Shown in pieces: positions 9,835-19,972 of a DNA stretch of 64,000 nt (its first letter is position 1; each line of letters begins with the position of its first letter). This stretch comes from Bacilli bacterium (GTDB lineage: Bacteria > Bacillota_I > Bacilli_A > RFN20 > CAG-288), in assembly GCA_017470005.1 (NCBI GenBank), contig JAFUFH010000080.1, positions 555-64,554 on the forward strand, given 5' to 3'. The notes under the pieces are model-generated. The model was given only the letters and a program-made list of their open reading frames with translations. It was not told the DNA's origin and made no database searches. The translations under genes were made by a program, and so were the position numbers.

Positions 9835-12270
9835 TTAGTGAATCTTGTTCAAGTGCCAGATATCTCTGTTGTATTCCGAGATGGTACGGTCAGAAGAGAA
9901 CCATCCAGATTGAGCGACATTGATGAGACACTTCTTACCCCAATCGAGACGGTTGAGATAATAAGATTCGATCTTCTTGCAACCGGTGAGGTAAGAAGCG
10001 AAATCTTTCAAGACCATGAATTCATCGTTGCGGTACATGATCTCATCATAGATCATTCTGAACTGGTTATCATCGTTAGAGAAGGTGCCGTTGATGAGAG
10101 AATCCATGACCATTTTGACACGGATATCGCTGTTGTAGATATCCCAAGGATTGTAAGAGTTCTCGAATTTGATCTTCTTGACCTCTTCTTCCTTCATACC
10201 GAAGATGACGGCGTTATCTTCTCCCACCAATTGAGAGATCTCGACATTGGCACCATCTAAAGTACCTAAAGTGACGGCGCCGTTCATCATGAACTTCATG
10301 TTAGAAGTACCGGAAGCTTCCTTACCGGCCAAAGAGATTTGCTCGGAGATATCGGAAGCAGGAATGATGACTTCCGCTTTGGAAACATCATAGTTTTCTA
10401 AGAAAACAACTTTGATATATTTGTTGACTGCAGGATCTTCATGGATGGTCTTAGAGACCGCTAAGATCAATTCGATGATCTTCTTAGCATAGATGTAAGA
10501 AGGAGCAGCTTTGGCACCGAAGATATAAGTGTGAGGGAAATAGGTGATGGAGGGATCGGCTTTGATCTTTTGATAGAGATGAATGATGTGGAAGATGTTT
10601 AGAAGCTGTCTCTTATAAGCGTGGAGACGCTTGATTTGGGTATCAAAGATAGAATCGGGATCCACATCGATACCAGAGGAATCTTTGATCAATTTCAACG
10701 CGCGAAGCTTGTTCTCTCTCTTGATTTCATTGAATCTTTCATAGATTCCTTGATGCTCACTAGAGCCATCTCCGTAAGGAAGGAGTTGATTGAGCTTCTC
10801 AGGTTCGCGGATGAATTCATCCCCGATGAGAGATTGCACGTATTGGCTAAGAGTCGGGTTAGCGACAAGCAAGAATCTTCTGTGAGAGATACCGTTGGTC
10901 TTGTTGTTGAATTTTTCTGGATATTGGGCGTAGAGATCTTTGAAGGTCTGAGTCTTTAAGATTTCTGTATGGATTCCAGCGACACCGTTGACAGAGTAAG
11001 CCACGTGAATGGCGAGTTGACACATATTGACATTGCCATCTTTGATGATCATGGATTGATAGATGGCTTCATCGGAGAGATTTCTTTCTCTCATGTGTTG
11101 ATTGACTCTTCTGTTGATTTCTTCAATGATCATGTAGACACGAGGAGCGACACTAGCGATATAGCGGCAAGGCCATTTCTCTAAGGCTTCAGGCATGACG
11201 GTGTGATTGGTGAAGGCAAAGCACTTGGAGACGATAGAGAAGGCTTCATCCCAACCATAACGATATTCATCCATCAAGACACGCATCATCTCAGGGATAG
11301 ACATGATGGGGTGAGTGTCATTGAGTTGGAAGACATAGTGTTCATAAAGATGATCTAAGGTTCCATACACTTTCATCTCACGGTTCATGGCATATTGGAT
11401 ACCAGAGGAGATTAAGAAATATTGTTGTCTTAAACGGAGAAGTTTACCCTCTTCTGTGGAATCATCGGGATATAAACCGTGAGTGATTTGACGGATGAAG
11501 TGGAGGTAAGACATGAAGTTTTCATTGGAAGGAAGATCTTCATCACTCGGTTCTGCGCCCCAAAGACGGAGAGTGTTGACCACTTCGTTGTTGTATCCGA
11601 TGACAGGAACATCAAAAGGAACGGCGCGGACAGAATAGGAATTGACTGTCTTCCAACGGATCTCGCCATTCTCTTCGTCACGATAGGTGACCGGAGTTCC
11701 ATAGAAGTGAACGATGATGGTATCGTTAGGCTTTCTTGTCTCCCAAGGATAGCCTTCGGTCAACCAAGTATCCGGGAATTCCCACTGTTGACCATTCTTG
11801 ATCTTCTGGCGGAAGAAACCGTAATCATAGCGGATACAGTTTCCGTGTCCAGGCAATCCTAAAGAAGCGATGGAGTCCATAAAACATGCGGCAAGTCTTC
11901 CTAAGCCACCGTTTCCTAAACCAGCATCGGGTTCGGCATTTTTAACAGCTTCATAATCTACGCCGATCTCTTGTAAGGCTTCTTTGACTTCCTCTAAGAC
12001 ATTGAGGTTATACAAGTTGGTGGAGAGAAGTCTACCGATCAAAAATTCCATAGAGAAATAGATGAGCTGTTTCTCTCCGTGATTTTTGACACTCTCTTTG
12101 CACTTCTTGCCTAAGACAGAAGCGTAGTCAGCTACCATGGTAGCTAAGACTTCGTACTGCTCTCTCGCATTTAATTCTTGAGGGTTACGGCCGTATTCTT
12201 CTGAGCAGCGCTCGATGAATTTTTCTTTAAATTTTTCCTTAAAATCAGGATTTTTCTTGAATTCAAACAT
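9835..12270 (-). CDS. glgP: Glycogen/maltodextrin phosphorylase (GT35)
   Basis: Pyridoxal-phosphate lysine motif EASGTSNMKFMMNGA; length fits the family. The start could be ATG 12270 or TTG 12282. Confidence 0.9.
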   Translation of the reverse strand: MFEFKKNPDFKEKFKEKFIERCSEEYGRNPQELNAREQYEVLATMVADYASVLGKKCKESVKNHGEKQLIYFSMEFLIGRLLSTNLYNLNVLEEVKEALQEIGVDYEAVKNAEPDAGLGNGGLGRLAACFMDSIASLGLPGHGNCIRYDYGFFRQKIKNGQQWEFPDTWLTEGYPWETRKPNDTIIVHFYGTPVTYRDEENGEIRWKTVNSYSVRAVPFDVPVIGYNNEVVNTLRLWGAEPSDEDLPSNENFMSYLHFIRQITHGLYPDDSTEEGKLLRLRQQYFLISSGIQYAMNREMKVYGTLDHLYEHYVFQLNDTHPIMSIPEMMRVLMDEYRYGWDEAFSIVSKCFAFTNHTVMPEALEKWPCRYIASVAPRVYMIIEEINRRVNQHMRERNLSDEAIYQSMIIKDGNVNMCQLAIHVAYSVNGVAGIHTEILKTQTFKDLYAQYPEKFNNKTNGISHRRFLLVANPTLSQYVQSLIGDEFIREPEKLNQLLPYGDGSSEHQGIYERFNEIKRENKLRALKLIKDSSGIDVDPDSIFDTQIKRLHAYKRQLLNIFHIIHLYQKIKADPSITYFPHTYIFGAKAAPSYIYAKKIIELILAVSKTIHEDPAVNKYIKVVFLENYDVSKAEVIIPASDISEQISLAGKEASGTSNMKFMMNGAVTLGTLDGANVEISQLVGEDNAVIFGMKEEEVKKIKFENSYNPWDIYNSDIRVKMVMDSLINGTFSNDDNQFRMIYDEIMYRNDEFMVLKDFASYLTGCKKIESYYLNRLDWGKKCLINVAQSGWFSSDRTISEYNRDIWHLNKIH

Positions 12271-12300
12271 TTTCTTTACCAATCTTCCAACTAAATTAGA

Positions 12301-12381
12301 CCATGCTGGGTGTGAGTCAACCCCAGGGAAGGTTATCTTTCTGACTCTTCCATGGTAGCACTCATCTAATATTTAGATGAG
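12301..12381 (-). promoter_or_regulatory. Structured glgP 5' leader: 21-nt palindrome plus a nested-hairpin element
   Basis: Near-perfect palindrome CTCATCTA-ATATT-TAGATGAG at 12361-12381, just downstream of the predicted transcription start. At 12301-12355 an outer pairing CCATG/CATGG encloses two hairpins, GGAAG...CTTCC and CTGGG...CCCAG. Confidence 0.35.
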
Positions 12382-12399
12382 CACGAAAAAAGACTATTC

Positions 12400-12428
12400 A
12401 TTATAAATATTTAAATCACTTATTTCAA
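12400..12428 (-). promoter_or_regulatory. glgP promoter in the glgB-glgP spacer
   Basis: Minus strand reads TTGAAA (12423-12428), 17 nt, TATAAT (12400-12405). Confidence 0.6.
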
Positions 12429-12435
12429 TGCAATC

Positions 12436-14343
12436 TTATTGCTTGCTTTGTTTCTCTTTCAAGACCTCGCTACCGTCTTTGCTCACATAAGGTCTTTTTT
12501 CTTCCACGACAGGTTTACGGTAAACCAAATAGATTGCGCCAAAGGAAGGAATCTTCACGGTGATGCGATAAGGCATATTGTGGCATCCAGAACCGTGGGT
12601 AACTAAAGGTAATCCGTTGTATTGATTCCATCCGCCATAGACTTCTTTGTCGGTGTTTAAAATCTCTTCATAAGAACCCTCATAAGGTACGCCGATATCA
12701 TAATCCCAATAGAAGTTCGGGGTCATGTTGAAGATGAAGATCATGCATTCTTCATCACATTCTCTGCGGAAGACATACACGCTCTGATCGGAGTTATCGG
12801 CCATGATCCAGGAGAAATGATTGGGATCATATTCTTCAAAATACATGGCGGGGTGAGATTTATAAATCAAGTTCAAATCACGGATGAGACGTTGCACGCC
12901 AGCGTGAACAGGATAGTTCAAAACATTGAAGGCGATAGGTTCATATTCTTTCCATTCATCGAAGGTGGCAAGCTCATTGCCCATAAAGTTGAGTTTCTTA
13001 CCAGGGTGAGCGAATTGATAGGCGTATAAGTTTCTCACATTGGCAAATTTGTTGTCATAATTTCCCCACATCTTGTTGATGATAGAGCCCTTCATGTGAA
13101 CGACTTCATCGTGAGATAAGGGAAGAATGAAGTTTTCGGAATAGAAATACGCCATAGAGAAAGTGAGTTGATTGTGGCAATATTTCTTATAAATGGGGTC
13201 TTTTCCATAATATTTGAGGGTGTCATTCATCCAACCTAAATCCCATTTATAATCAAATCCTAAGCCATCATCAAACATGCCTTTGGTGACATGTCCATAA
13301 GCGGAAGAATCTTCGGCGATCATCATGATGGAAGGATGGAGAGCGTGCATGTAGCCATTGGCACGTTTCACAAATTCGACCGCGCCTTCGTTGATACCTT
13401 TATCTCCGTTTCCATCCCAATAGATAACATTGGAGACTGCATCAAATCTGAAGCCATCGACATGGAAGACTTCCGCCATATACATGATGGCAGAGATAAG
13501 GAAGCTTCTCACCGGGTCTTTGGCCAAGTCGAAATTCTTCGTTCCCCATTGAGAGAATTCATGTTCGTTTGCATATTCAAAGACGCAAGAGCCATCAAAT
13601 TTTTCTAAACCGAAGGGATCGACAGCAAAGTGAACAGGAACAAAGTCCATGATGACACCGATGCCCGCTTTGTGCATCTTTTCCACAAACTGAGCAAAGT
13701 CACCCAAGGTTCCCCAGCGGCGATCGATGGCATAATATCCTAAACACTGATATCCCCAAGATTGATCGTTAGGATAAGAGAAGACAGGAAGAGCTTCAAC
13801 ATGGGTATAGCCCATAGAGAGAAGGTAAGGAATCATGACATCGGCTAATTCGGAATAATTGTAATAGGTGTTATCGGGTTTTCTCTTCCAAGTTCCCATG
13901 TGGAATTCATAGATAGAGACGGGGCGATTGAAGTTTCTATCTCTGTTTTGAACAAAGTCGTAATCATCGATATGAATCTGATTGATGTCGACGATGTAAG
14001 AACAAGTCTCTGCCTTGAGTTCATTAGCGAAGGAGAAAGGATCTTGTTTGTCTTTCCAGCAGTTATCACATCCTAAAATGTGAAGCTTATATCTTTGACC
14101 TTCTTTGACATTCGGAATGAAGCATTCATATAGACCGCGATAGTCTTTCTTTTCCATGACATTGGCTTTGCTATCCCAATTGTTGAAATCACCGATGATA
14201 TCGATTTCTTTTGCCATCGGAGCATAGACACGGAAGAGATAGCCCCAGTGATTATCGATTTTCACTTTATGGGCACCAAAATACTTATAGGCATCCGGCA
14301 AATGACCATTGAGATAATTTTCAAAGAATGTGTAATTTTCCAT
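12436..14343 (-). CDS. glgB: 1,4-alpha-glucan branching enzyme (GH13)
   Basis: GH13 conserved regions VDGFRFDAV, MMIAEDSS and LSHDEV; 635 aa. Confidence 0.9.
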   Translation of the reverse strand: MENYTFFENYLNGHLPDAYKYFGAHKVKIDNHWGYLFRVYAPMAKEIDIIGDFNNWDSKANVMEKKDYRGLYECFIPNVKEGQRYKLHILGCDNCWKDKQDPFSFANELKAETCSYIVDINQIHIDDYDFVQNRDRNFNRPVSIYEFHMGTWKRKPDNTYYNYSELADVMIPYLLSMGYTHVEALPVFSYPNDQSWGYQCLGYYAIDRRWGTLGDFAQFVEKMHKAGIGVIMDFVPVHFAVDPFGLEKFDGSCVFEYANEHEFSQWGTKNFDLAKDPVRSFLISAIMYMAEVFHVDGFRFDAVSNVIYWDGNGDKGINEGAVEFVKRANGYMHALHPSIMMIAEDSSAYGHVTKGMFDDGLGFDYKWDLGWMNDTLKYYGKDPIYKKYCHNQLTFSMAYFYSENFILPLSHDEVVHMKGSIINKMWGNYDNKFANVRNLYAYQFAHPGKKLNFMGNELATFDEWKEYEPIAFNVLNYPVHAGVQRLIRDLNLIYKSHPAMYFEEYDPNHFSWIMADNSDQSVYVFRRECDEECMIFIFNMTPNFYWDYDIGVPYEGSYEEILNTDKEVYGGWNQYNGLPLVTHGSGCHNMPYRITVKIPSFGAIYLVYRKPVVEEKRPYVSKDGSEVLKEKQSKQ

Positions 14344-14437
14344 AAGCTCCTCCTGATAGGGTGAAAAATAACTCCCTTAATTATAACATTAAAACTTATT
14401 TAGTTAGAGAGTAGTTTTGTTTTCTCTCTTTAAATTG

Positions 14438-14466
14438 TTGCACTTTTAAAAGAATGTCACTAAAAT
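14438..14466 (+). promoter_or_regulatory. ackA promoter
   Basis: TTGCAC (14438-14443), 17 nt, TAAAAT (14461-14466). Its position argues against the ORF-track start at 14470. Confidence 0.55.
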
Positions 14467-14499
14467 GTTATGGAAATATGTAAAAGGGGAAACCAAAAA

Positions 14500-15753
14500 A
14501 TGTCTAATTCGAAAAAAATCATGTGTGTCAACGCTGGTTCTTCTTCCATCAAATTCAAGCTTTATGAGATGGATGAGAAAGCAAGTCTTGCTAAGACCAT
14601 CGCCGAAAAGAGCCAATATTGTAAAGCTTTGTGCTCTGGCTTAGTCGAAAGAATCGGTCATGAAGATGCTAGGTGCATCATCAAGAAACCCGATGGAAGC
14701 AAGAGTGAGAAAGTCCTTCCTATCCACAATCACGATGAAGGTGTCCAGCTCGTCTTAAAAGGATTGATCGAAGAGAAGATCGTCGCTTCTTTAGATGAGA
14801 TCCAAGGCGTGGGTAACCGTGTTGTTCAAGGCGGTAAATATTTCTCTGACGCTCATGTGTTCGATCAATATACCTATGACCGCATCGAAGAGTTGATTCC
14901 TCTTGATCCTCTTCACGCAGAAGCTCACCTCACTTGTTTCAACGCTTTCAAGAAGGCTCTTCCTATGGTGGGTGAAGTCGCTGTCTTTGACACGGCCTTC
15001 CACCAGACCATGGAACCAAAAGAATATATGTATGCCATCCCCTATGAATGGTATGAAAAATATGCTTGTAGAAGATATGGTGCCCACGGCACTTCTCACA
15101 AATATCTCTCTCAGTTTGCCAAAGAGAAATATTTTGCAGATAAAGAACATGTCAACATCATCACTTGCCACATCGGCTCTGGCGCTTCTGTCTCTGCCGT
15201 CAAAGATGGAAAGTGTATTGCCACTTCCATGGGTCTCACTCCTTTAGCGGGTGTCATGATGGGTACAAGAACGGGTGATATCGATCCCTCTTGTATGCCA
15301 TATTTGTGCACTTGCACTGGCAAGAGTGCCGATGAAATCTATGACATCTACAATCATCACTCTGGTTTAGAGGGTGTCTCTGGTATCTCTAACGATACAA
15401 GAGATGTCGAAGCCGAATATTACAAGGGCAATGAAAGAGCCATCCTTGCTATGGATATGTATGCTTCTAGAATCGCCGAATATATCATGATGTATTATGG
15501 TAAGCTTGGCCATGTGGATATGATTGTCTGTTCCGCTGGTGTCTTTGAAAATAGCCCGATTTACAGAAAGATGGCTTTTGACAATGTCGAGGAAGCCTTG
15601 GGTGTCAAGATTGACGAGAAGCTCAACGAAGAAAAGGTTCGTGGTCAGTGGGGTCTCATCTCTACTCCCGATAGCAAGATTCCTGTCGCGGTCATCCCTA
15701 CCGATGAAGAATTGATGATCTGCTTAGATACCGCTAGAATCTTAGGCCTCTAA
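14500..15753 (+). CDS. ackA: Acetate kinase
   Basis: N-terminal VNAGSSSIKFKLYE signature and the ASKHA fold motif. Start set at MSNSKK (14500), behind AAAGGGGA. Confidence 0.9.
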   Translation: MSNSKKIMCVNAGSSSIKFKLYEMDEKASLAKTIAEKSQYCKALCSGLVERIGHEDARCIIKKPDGSKSEKVLPIHNHDEGVQLVLKGLIEEKIVASLDEIQGVGNRVVQGGKYFSDAHVFDQYTYDRIEELIPLDPLHAEAHLTCFNAFKKALPMVGEVAVFDTAFHQTMEPKEYMYAIPYEWYEKYACRRYGAHGTSHKYLSQFAKEKYFADKEHVNIITCHIGSGASVSAVKDGKCIATSMGLTPLAGVMMGTRTGDIDPSCMPYLCTCTGKSADEIYDIYNHHSGLEGVSGISNDTRDVEAEYYKGNERAILAMDMYASRIAEYIMMYYGKLGHVDMIVCSAGVFENSPIYRKMAFDNVEEALGVKIDEKLNEEKVRGQWGLISTPDSKIPVAVIPTDEELMICLDTARILGL

Positions 15754-15800
15754 TTGCTCGTTTCTTTCCTAGCTTAACAATATAGAGAGGAGGTAAACCT

Positions 15801-16943
15801 ATGAAAAAGATGCAAAGTGTTGTGTTGATTTTTACTACCCTCCTCTCTTTTTCTTGTTCTTCAAAAGTCAATCGAGAAGGAAAGGCACTGATTAGAAAAG
15901 TCGAGAACATCGATGCGACGGTGATGATAAGAAGTGTGGAAGAATTAAACAATGTGGCTCGCTATGATGACGCCTTCCTTTTTGTCACTCTAGAAGGTTG
16001 CCAGTATTGTGAACAACAGAGAGGCAACATGTACCAATACATCCAAGACAATGAAGCTCTCATTTATGAAGTGGATGTTCACACTTATTTAGATGCTTAT
16101 CACGCCAAAGAGAACAGCATCGGGGATTATGCTTATCTTTATCCAAAAATTGATAAAGCTCCCTCCGTCATCACTTTTTCGGAAGGCAAGTCTTTAAAAG
16201 CTCATCAAGGAATACTCTCAAAAGACTACAACGAATTCGTAAAAGATATGTCTAGCTTTGTCCAACCAGTGAATGTGTATCAAGTCAATGACTTCTCTTT
16301 AGGAAGTGATGGTAGATATTACCATGACACTCCTGAAAGTATTGAAGAAGCCAAAGAACAGGATACCATCGGTTTTGGTACCGTTGCTTTAGATAAACAA
16401 ATTGCTCAAAAAGGAAAACAAGCAATTTATTTCACTTGGAATAAGTGTGGGGATTGTAAAAACTATCGTAACGAAGTGTTTAACGATTTTATTTTAAATG
16501 ATTTGAAGACGAGAATTTATACCTATGAAGTGGATGGATATTACACTTTGAAAAGAAATCCTGACCTTGATCTTCAAGAATTAGGTTTGAATATGTGGTC
16601 TCAATTCTCTAAGAAATACCACCTGTATGATGAGAATTTCTACAACACAGATATCTTAGGAAACAAAGCAGGTTTTGTTCCTACTGTCGTATTATTTGAA
16701 GATGGAAAATTCAAAGGCTATGATGTCTTTGCCAATGAAGGAAATATCATCTTCAATGAAGATAACACCATCTCTTTCTCTCGTTATTTCCATTCTAAAG
16801 TTAAGGATGTGAAATCTAAAAAGTCGATTCCCAATAGAGAGCAGTCTTCTAGTGATTATATCGATGCCGTTAGAGATATCTATGACCAAGCGTTAAAGAT
16901 CGATATAGAAGAAAGCAGAAAGTTTTTACAGGAGAATCTATGA
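15801..16943 (+). CDS. Lipoprotein with two thioredoxin-fold-like CxxC modules
   Basis: Signal peptide with lipobox LLSFSC. Two CxxC motifs, CQYCEQ and CGDCKN, each in a module of about 150 aa. RBS GAGGAGG. Confidence 0.6.
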   Translation: MKKMQSVVLIFTTLLSFSCSSKVNREGKALIRKVENIDATVMIRSVEELNNVARYDDAFLFVTLEGCQYCEQQRGNMYQYIQDNEALIYEVDVHTYLDAYHAKENSIGDYAYLYPKIDKAPSVITFSEGKSLKAHQGILSKDYNEFVKDMSSFVQPVNVYQVNDFSLGSDGRYYHDTPESIEEAKEQDTIGFGTVALDKQIAQKGKQAIYFTWNKCGDCKNYRNEVFNDFILNDLKTRIYTYEVDGYYTLKRNPDLDLQELGLNMWSQFSKKYHLYDENFYNTDILGNKAGFVPTVVLFEDGKFKGYDVFANEGNIIFNEDNTISFSRYFHSKVKDVKSKKSIPNREQSSSDYIDAVRDIYDQALKIDIEESRKFLQENL

Positions 16944-17788
16944 AACATAAATTTTCTATCTTTTTGTTGCTTCCCCTTCTCTTCTCTTGTTCCCCAACAA
17001 CTTCTAGCCATAGCAGAATCGTACCTAAAGTTCCTCTTTTCCATTATGAGGCAAATAACGTAAGACTTTCCGATAGAACCGATTATATGTTCCATCGTTT
17101 ATTTGTTGAGGATTTAAATTCTTATTTAGAAAAGAAAGCTTCTTTTGCTTTATATGTTTATGGGGCAGGTTGTGGAACTTGTGATCTTTTCTCTATGACG
17201 GTGAAGGATTATATCCTCAAAACAAATGCGGTCATCAATTTCATGTATCTCAATGAGTATTTAGAGACTGAGGATGCCCTGAATTTAACCCAATCTTCTT
17301 TCCTTTTCTATCAGGAAGGAGAATTGATCGATTCGATCTCTACTTTAGATGATTATGCTTACTCAAAAACTTTTGAAACCTTCATGGATGAGAGAACGTA
17401 TGATACGCATATCACTTTGTTAAATTCCTCCTATCAAGATGAAACCATACGTACTACCTTTAACACCTATACTCTCACTAGCTTTATCACTCCTTTAGAA
17501 GAGAAGCAGTATTTTGTTCCTATACAGGAATATATTCAAGGAAAATTAGCCAAAGAAAAAGCGCATGTTCTCTGGATTGCGGACAATCAATTATCTCTTC
17601 CAGAAATCTATGAAGAATTGAAGAATTATCAAGGTTATGCTGCTTTTATTTCTGAGGAAATCTTATCCGACAATTCTATAGAATTTAGTGAAATTGTAGG
17701 AGAAGATATCGACTTAAAAACACTGGATCATTTCACCATGATCTATTACGAAGATACATATAGAATCGAGAATTTATCTCACTTATAA
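16940..17788 (+). CDS. Lipoprotein with a thioredoxin-fold-like CxxC module
   Basis: Lipobox LLFSC and CxxC motif GAGCGTCD. Its start overlaps the upstream stop by 4 nt (ATGA), which suggests translational coupling. Confidence 0.6.
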   Translation: MKHKFSIFLLLPLLFSCSPTTSSHSRIVPKVPLFHYEANNVRLSDRTDYMFHRLFVEDLNSYLEKKASFALYVYGAGCGTCDLFSMTVKDYILKTNAVINFMYLNEYLETEDALNLTQSSFLFYQEGELIDSISTLDDYAYSKTFETFMDERTYDTHITLLNSSYQDETIRTTFNTYTLTSFITPLEEKQYFVPIQEYIQGKLAKEKAHVLWIADNQLSLPEIYEELKNYQGYAAFISEEILSDNSIEFSEIVGEDIDLKTLDHFTMIYYEDTYRIENLSHL

Positions 17789-18484
17789 TTCTTTCTGTAA
17801 AGATAGTAATAATCGATCGAACAAACAAAGGCCGAAGAGATATAAAGGCCAGATCATCTCTAAAGAAATCATCACAAGAACGTCTTGTTTGAGAAGAGTA
17901 GAAAGTCCGATGAAGACATCAGAGACAAAGATAGAGAGCAAAGCAAAGAAGAATAGAAGGGTGTTCCCTTCTTTTTCTTTGAAATAATAGAATAGTAATT
18001 CCCCTAAATTGAATAAGAAAATAATGAGATAGACAACATATAAATAATGTAACGGTTTCTTCAAAGAGATGAGTAGAGCAACACCGATTCCTACCATCAC
18101 CACTCCTCCTTTTAAGACATGAAGGAGTTTCTTTCTCTCAATATAAAACATCAAAATAAGTTGCATCAGTATGAAAAAGGAAGTTCCCATGTAATTCATG
18201 ATATCGATATACAGTTGCTCACCATTAAATTGAAGGAGTGCTCTTCTTGTCACACCGAAGAAGATATCGGCAAATAAAGGACAAAACAGAGGAAGATAGA
18301 GAAGGGTATCTTTCTTTTCTTTCCGTGTGAGAAACATATAAAGGACAAATAAAAAGTTCACCAAAGAGGCACTGGTACAAACAATACCCGTGAACAAGTA
18401 ATAGGACTGTGAAGTTCCTATTTCAATCAAGATGAGAAATATGGCTTCAATGATGATTAGCCCGATCCACAATTTCTTTTTCAT
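17783..18484 (-). CDS. Polytopic membrane protein, unknown function
   Basis: 233 aa, almost entirely hydrophobic, with about 7 predicted helices. Confidence 0.5.
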   Translation of the reverse strand: MKKKLWIGLIIIEAIFLILIEIGTSQSYYLFTGIVCTSASLVNFLFVLYMFLTRKEKKDTLLYLPLFCPLFADIFFGVTRRALLQFNGEQLYIDIMNYMGTSFFILMQLILMFYIERKKLLHVLKGGVVMVGIGVALLISLKKPLHYLYVVYLIIFLFNLGELLFYYFKEKEGNTLLFFFALLSIFVSDVFIGLSTLLKQDVLVMISLEMIWPLYLFGLCLFDRLLLSLQKEL

Positions 18485-18491
18485 ACATAAA

Positions 18492-18519
18492 TGAAAACTG
18501 TCGAACTATTTCGACAGTT
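18492..18519 (-). terminator. Hairpin terminator after nrnA
   Basis: AACTGTCGAA-CTAT-TTCGACAGTT at 18496-18519, followed on the minus strand by TTTCATTT. Confidence 0.6.
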
Positions 18520-19516
18520 AATCTTCCACGTTATCCGGAAGTTCATCCAAGGCTTGGATGAGGGAAGGAAGTTCGTCTAAGGTGAGAAGACGACATCCTG
18601 CAGCAAAGTCGTGTCCACCGCCAGCGAATTGACGAGCGACAGGAGCGACATGGAGATGAGAGGAACGCAAGGATACTCTATATTCTTGTTTCTCTTCTTT
18701 CCAGGTGATAGAAGCGACAACACGGACACCTTTCAAGTTGCGGAATTGATTGATGTGAAGGTTTCCTTCATTCTCGTTCATGTCCAATTCTTTGATGGTT
18801 TCTTTATCAAAGACGAAATAGCAAGTTCCTTTGTCGGTGACTTTATAATTGTTTAAGCAATAACGAAGAATGTTCATTCTACGGATATCGGTCTCATACA
18901 TGAGATCATAAATCTTGGTTTTATCAATACCAAGATCTAATAAATCCGCAGAGATTCTTAAAGTTGCTCCATCGGTATCTTGGTACATGAATCTTCCTGT
19001 ATCTCCGACAATACCGGTGTAGCAATAGGTAGCGGCTTCTTTGCTGAATTTGAATTTCTTAGAGCGAGAGAGAGCAAAGAGAGCGATCAATTCTGCAGCG
19101 GCGGGGCGCTCAGGATAGACGATGAGATAATCTCCGAATTTCTCTTCTTCTCTCGGGAGAGGATGATGGTCAATTTTGATGACTTCTTTGGCAAAGGAGA
19201 GGTGTTCACAAGCCACACGAGGAAGATTAGAAACATCCACCGTGATCGCTAAGTGAGGTTGACGGTACCATTCTTCACTGACCTGTTCGGGTTCAGGGAA
19301 TAAATCTGGCATAAAAGTGGTATGTCTATCACCGACATAATGAACTTCCTTTTGAGGGAAATTATCTTTGATCCAAGTCACTAATCCCATCTGAGCACCG
19401 AGGGCATCAAAATCGGGAGAAGAGTGACGATAGACCACGATTCTATCGTATTCGGCGATTTTCTTTTCTAGATATTTAAACTTGTTATGTAACTCTTTGA
19501 AAAATTTTTGATCCAT
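18518..19516 (-). CDS. nrnA: DHH/DHHA1 phosphoesterase (NrnA-like oligoribonuclease/pAp phosphatase)
   Basis: Motifs HSSPDFDALGA, KIDHHP and GGGHDFAAG. Confidence 0.75.
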   Translation of the reverse strand: MDQKFFKELHNKFKYLEKKIAEYDRIVVYRHSSPDFDALGAQMGLVTWIKDNFPQKEVHYVGDRHTTFMPDLFPEPEQVSEEWYRQPHLAITVDVSNLPRVACEHLSFAKEVIKIDHHPLPREEEKFGDYLIVYPERPAAAELIALFALSRSKKFKFSKEAATYCYTGIVGDTGRFMYQDTDGATLRISADLLDLGIDKTKIYDLMYETDIRRMNILRYCLNNYKVTDKGTCYFVFDKETIKELDMNENEGNLHINQFRNLKGVRVVASITWKEEKQEYRVSLRSSHLHVAPVARQFAGGGHDFAAGCRLLTLDELPSLIQALDELPDNVED

Positions 19517-19638
19517 ATTCTACTCCAGTCGACAAACTTAATGGCTTAATTTTAAACTAATTGAAAGAATACTGCAATAAATTGATTTTTAAACTTGCAA
19601 TCGAGGAAGGAATGCGATATATTTATATAGCTTTTTGT

Positions 19639-19715
19639 GGGGCTGTAGCTCAGTTGGATAGAGCATCTGCCTTCTAAGCAGAGGGCCGAGTGTTCGAGTC
19701 ACTCCAGCCTCACCA
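19639..19715 (+). tRNA. tRNA-Arg (anticodon TCT), encoded CCA included
   Basis: Folded by hand. Acceptor GGGGCTG/CAGCCTC, D arm GCTC/GAGC, anticodon stem TCTGC/GCAGA with loop CTTCTAA, T arm GAGTG-TTCGAGT-CACTC, then discriminator A and CCA. Confidence 0.9.
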
Positions 19716-19972
19716 CCTAAGTACTTTGTCCTTGATACAATTCGTATTGAGGATTTTTTTGTATCAGTCCTTTTCATCTTTTTGAACTTGTATTAGCATC
19801 AAAATAGAACCGGCTTTATATTACAAATTAGGTAATAAAGTGTAGAATAAGTGTATAATAAAACCTGACTTTAGGATTTACCCCTAGAAATGGGTAGTTA
19901 AATCCTAAATACGGCCCGCTAATGCATGGCCTTGGTGTTAGAGAATAAAAGCTTATCGAATGATAAAATTAT

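Noticed and set aside
5418-14069. Many 60-140-aa ORFs antisense to or nested in lon, tig, glgP and glgB (for example 5418-5792, 9838-10260, 11479-11862, 13291-13608)
   Set aside because: They lie entirely inside well-supported longer genes on the opposite strand or in another frame. They have no RBS and low-complexity composition.
19589-19777. 62-aa minus-strand ORF
   Set aside because: It lies antisense across tRNA-Arg, so it is spurious.
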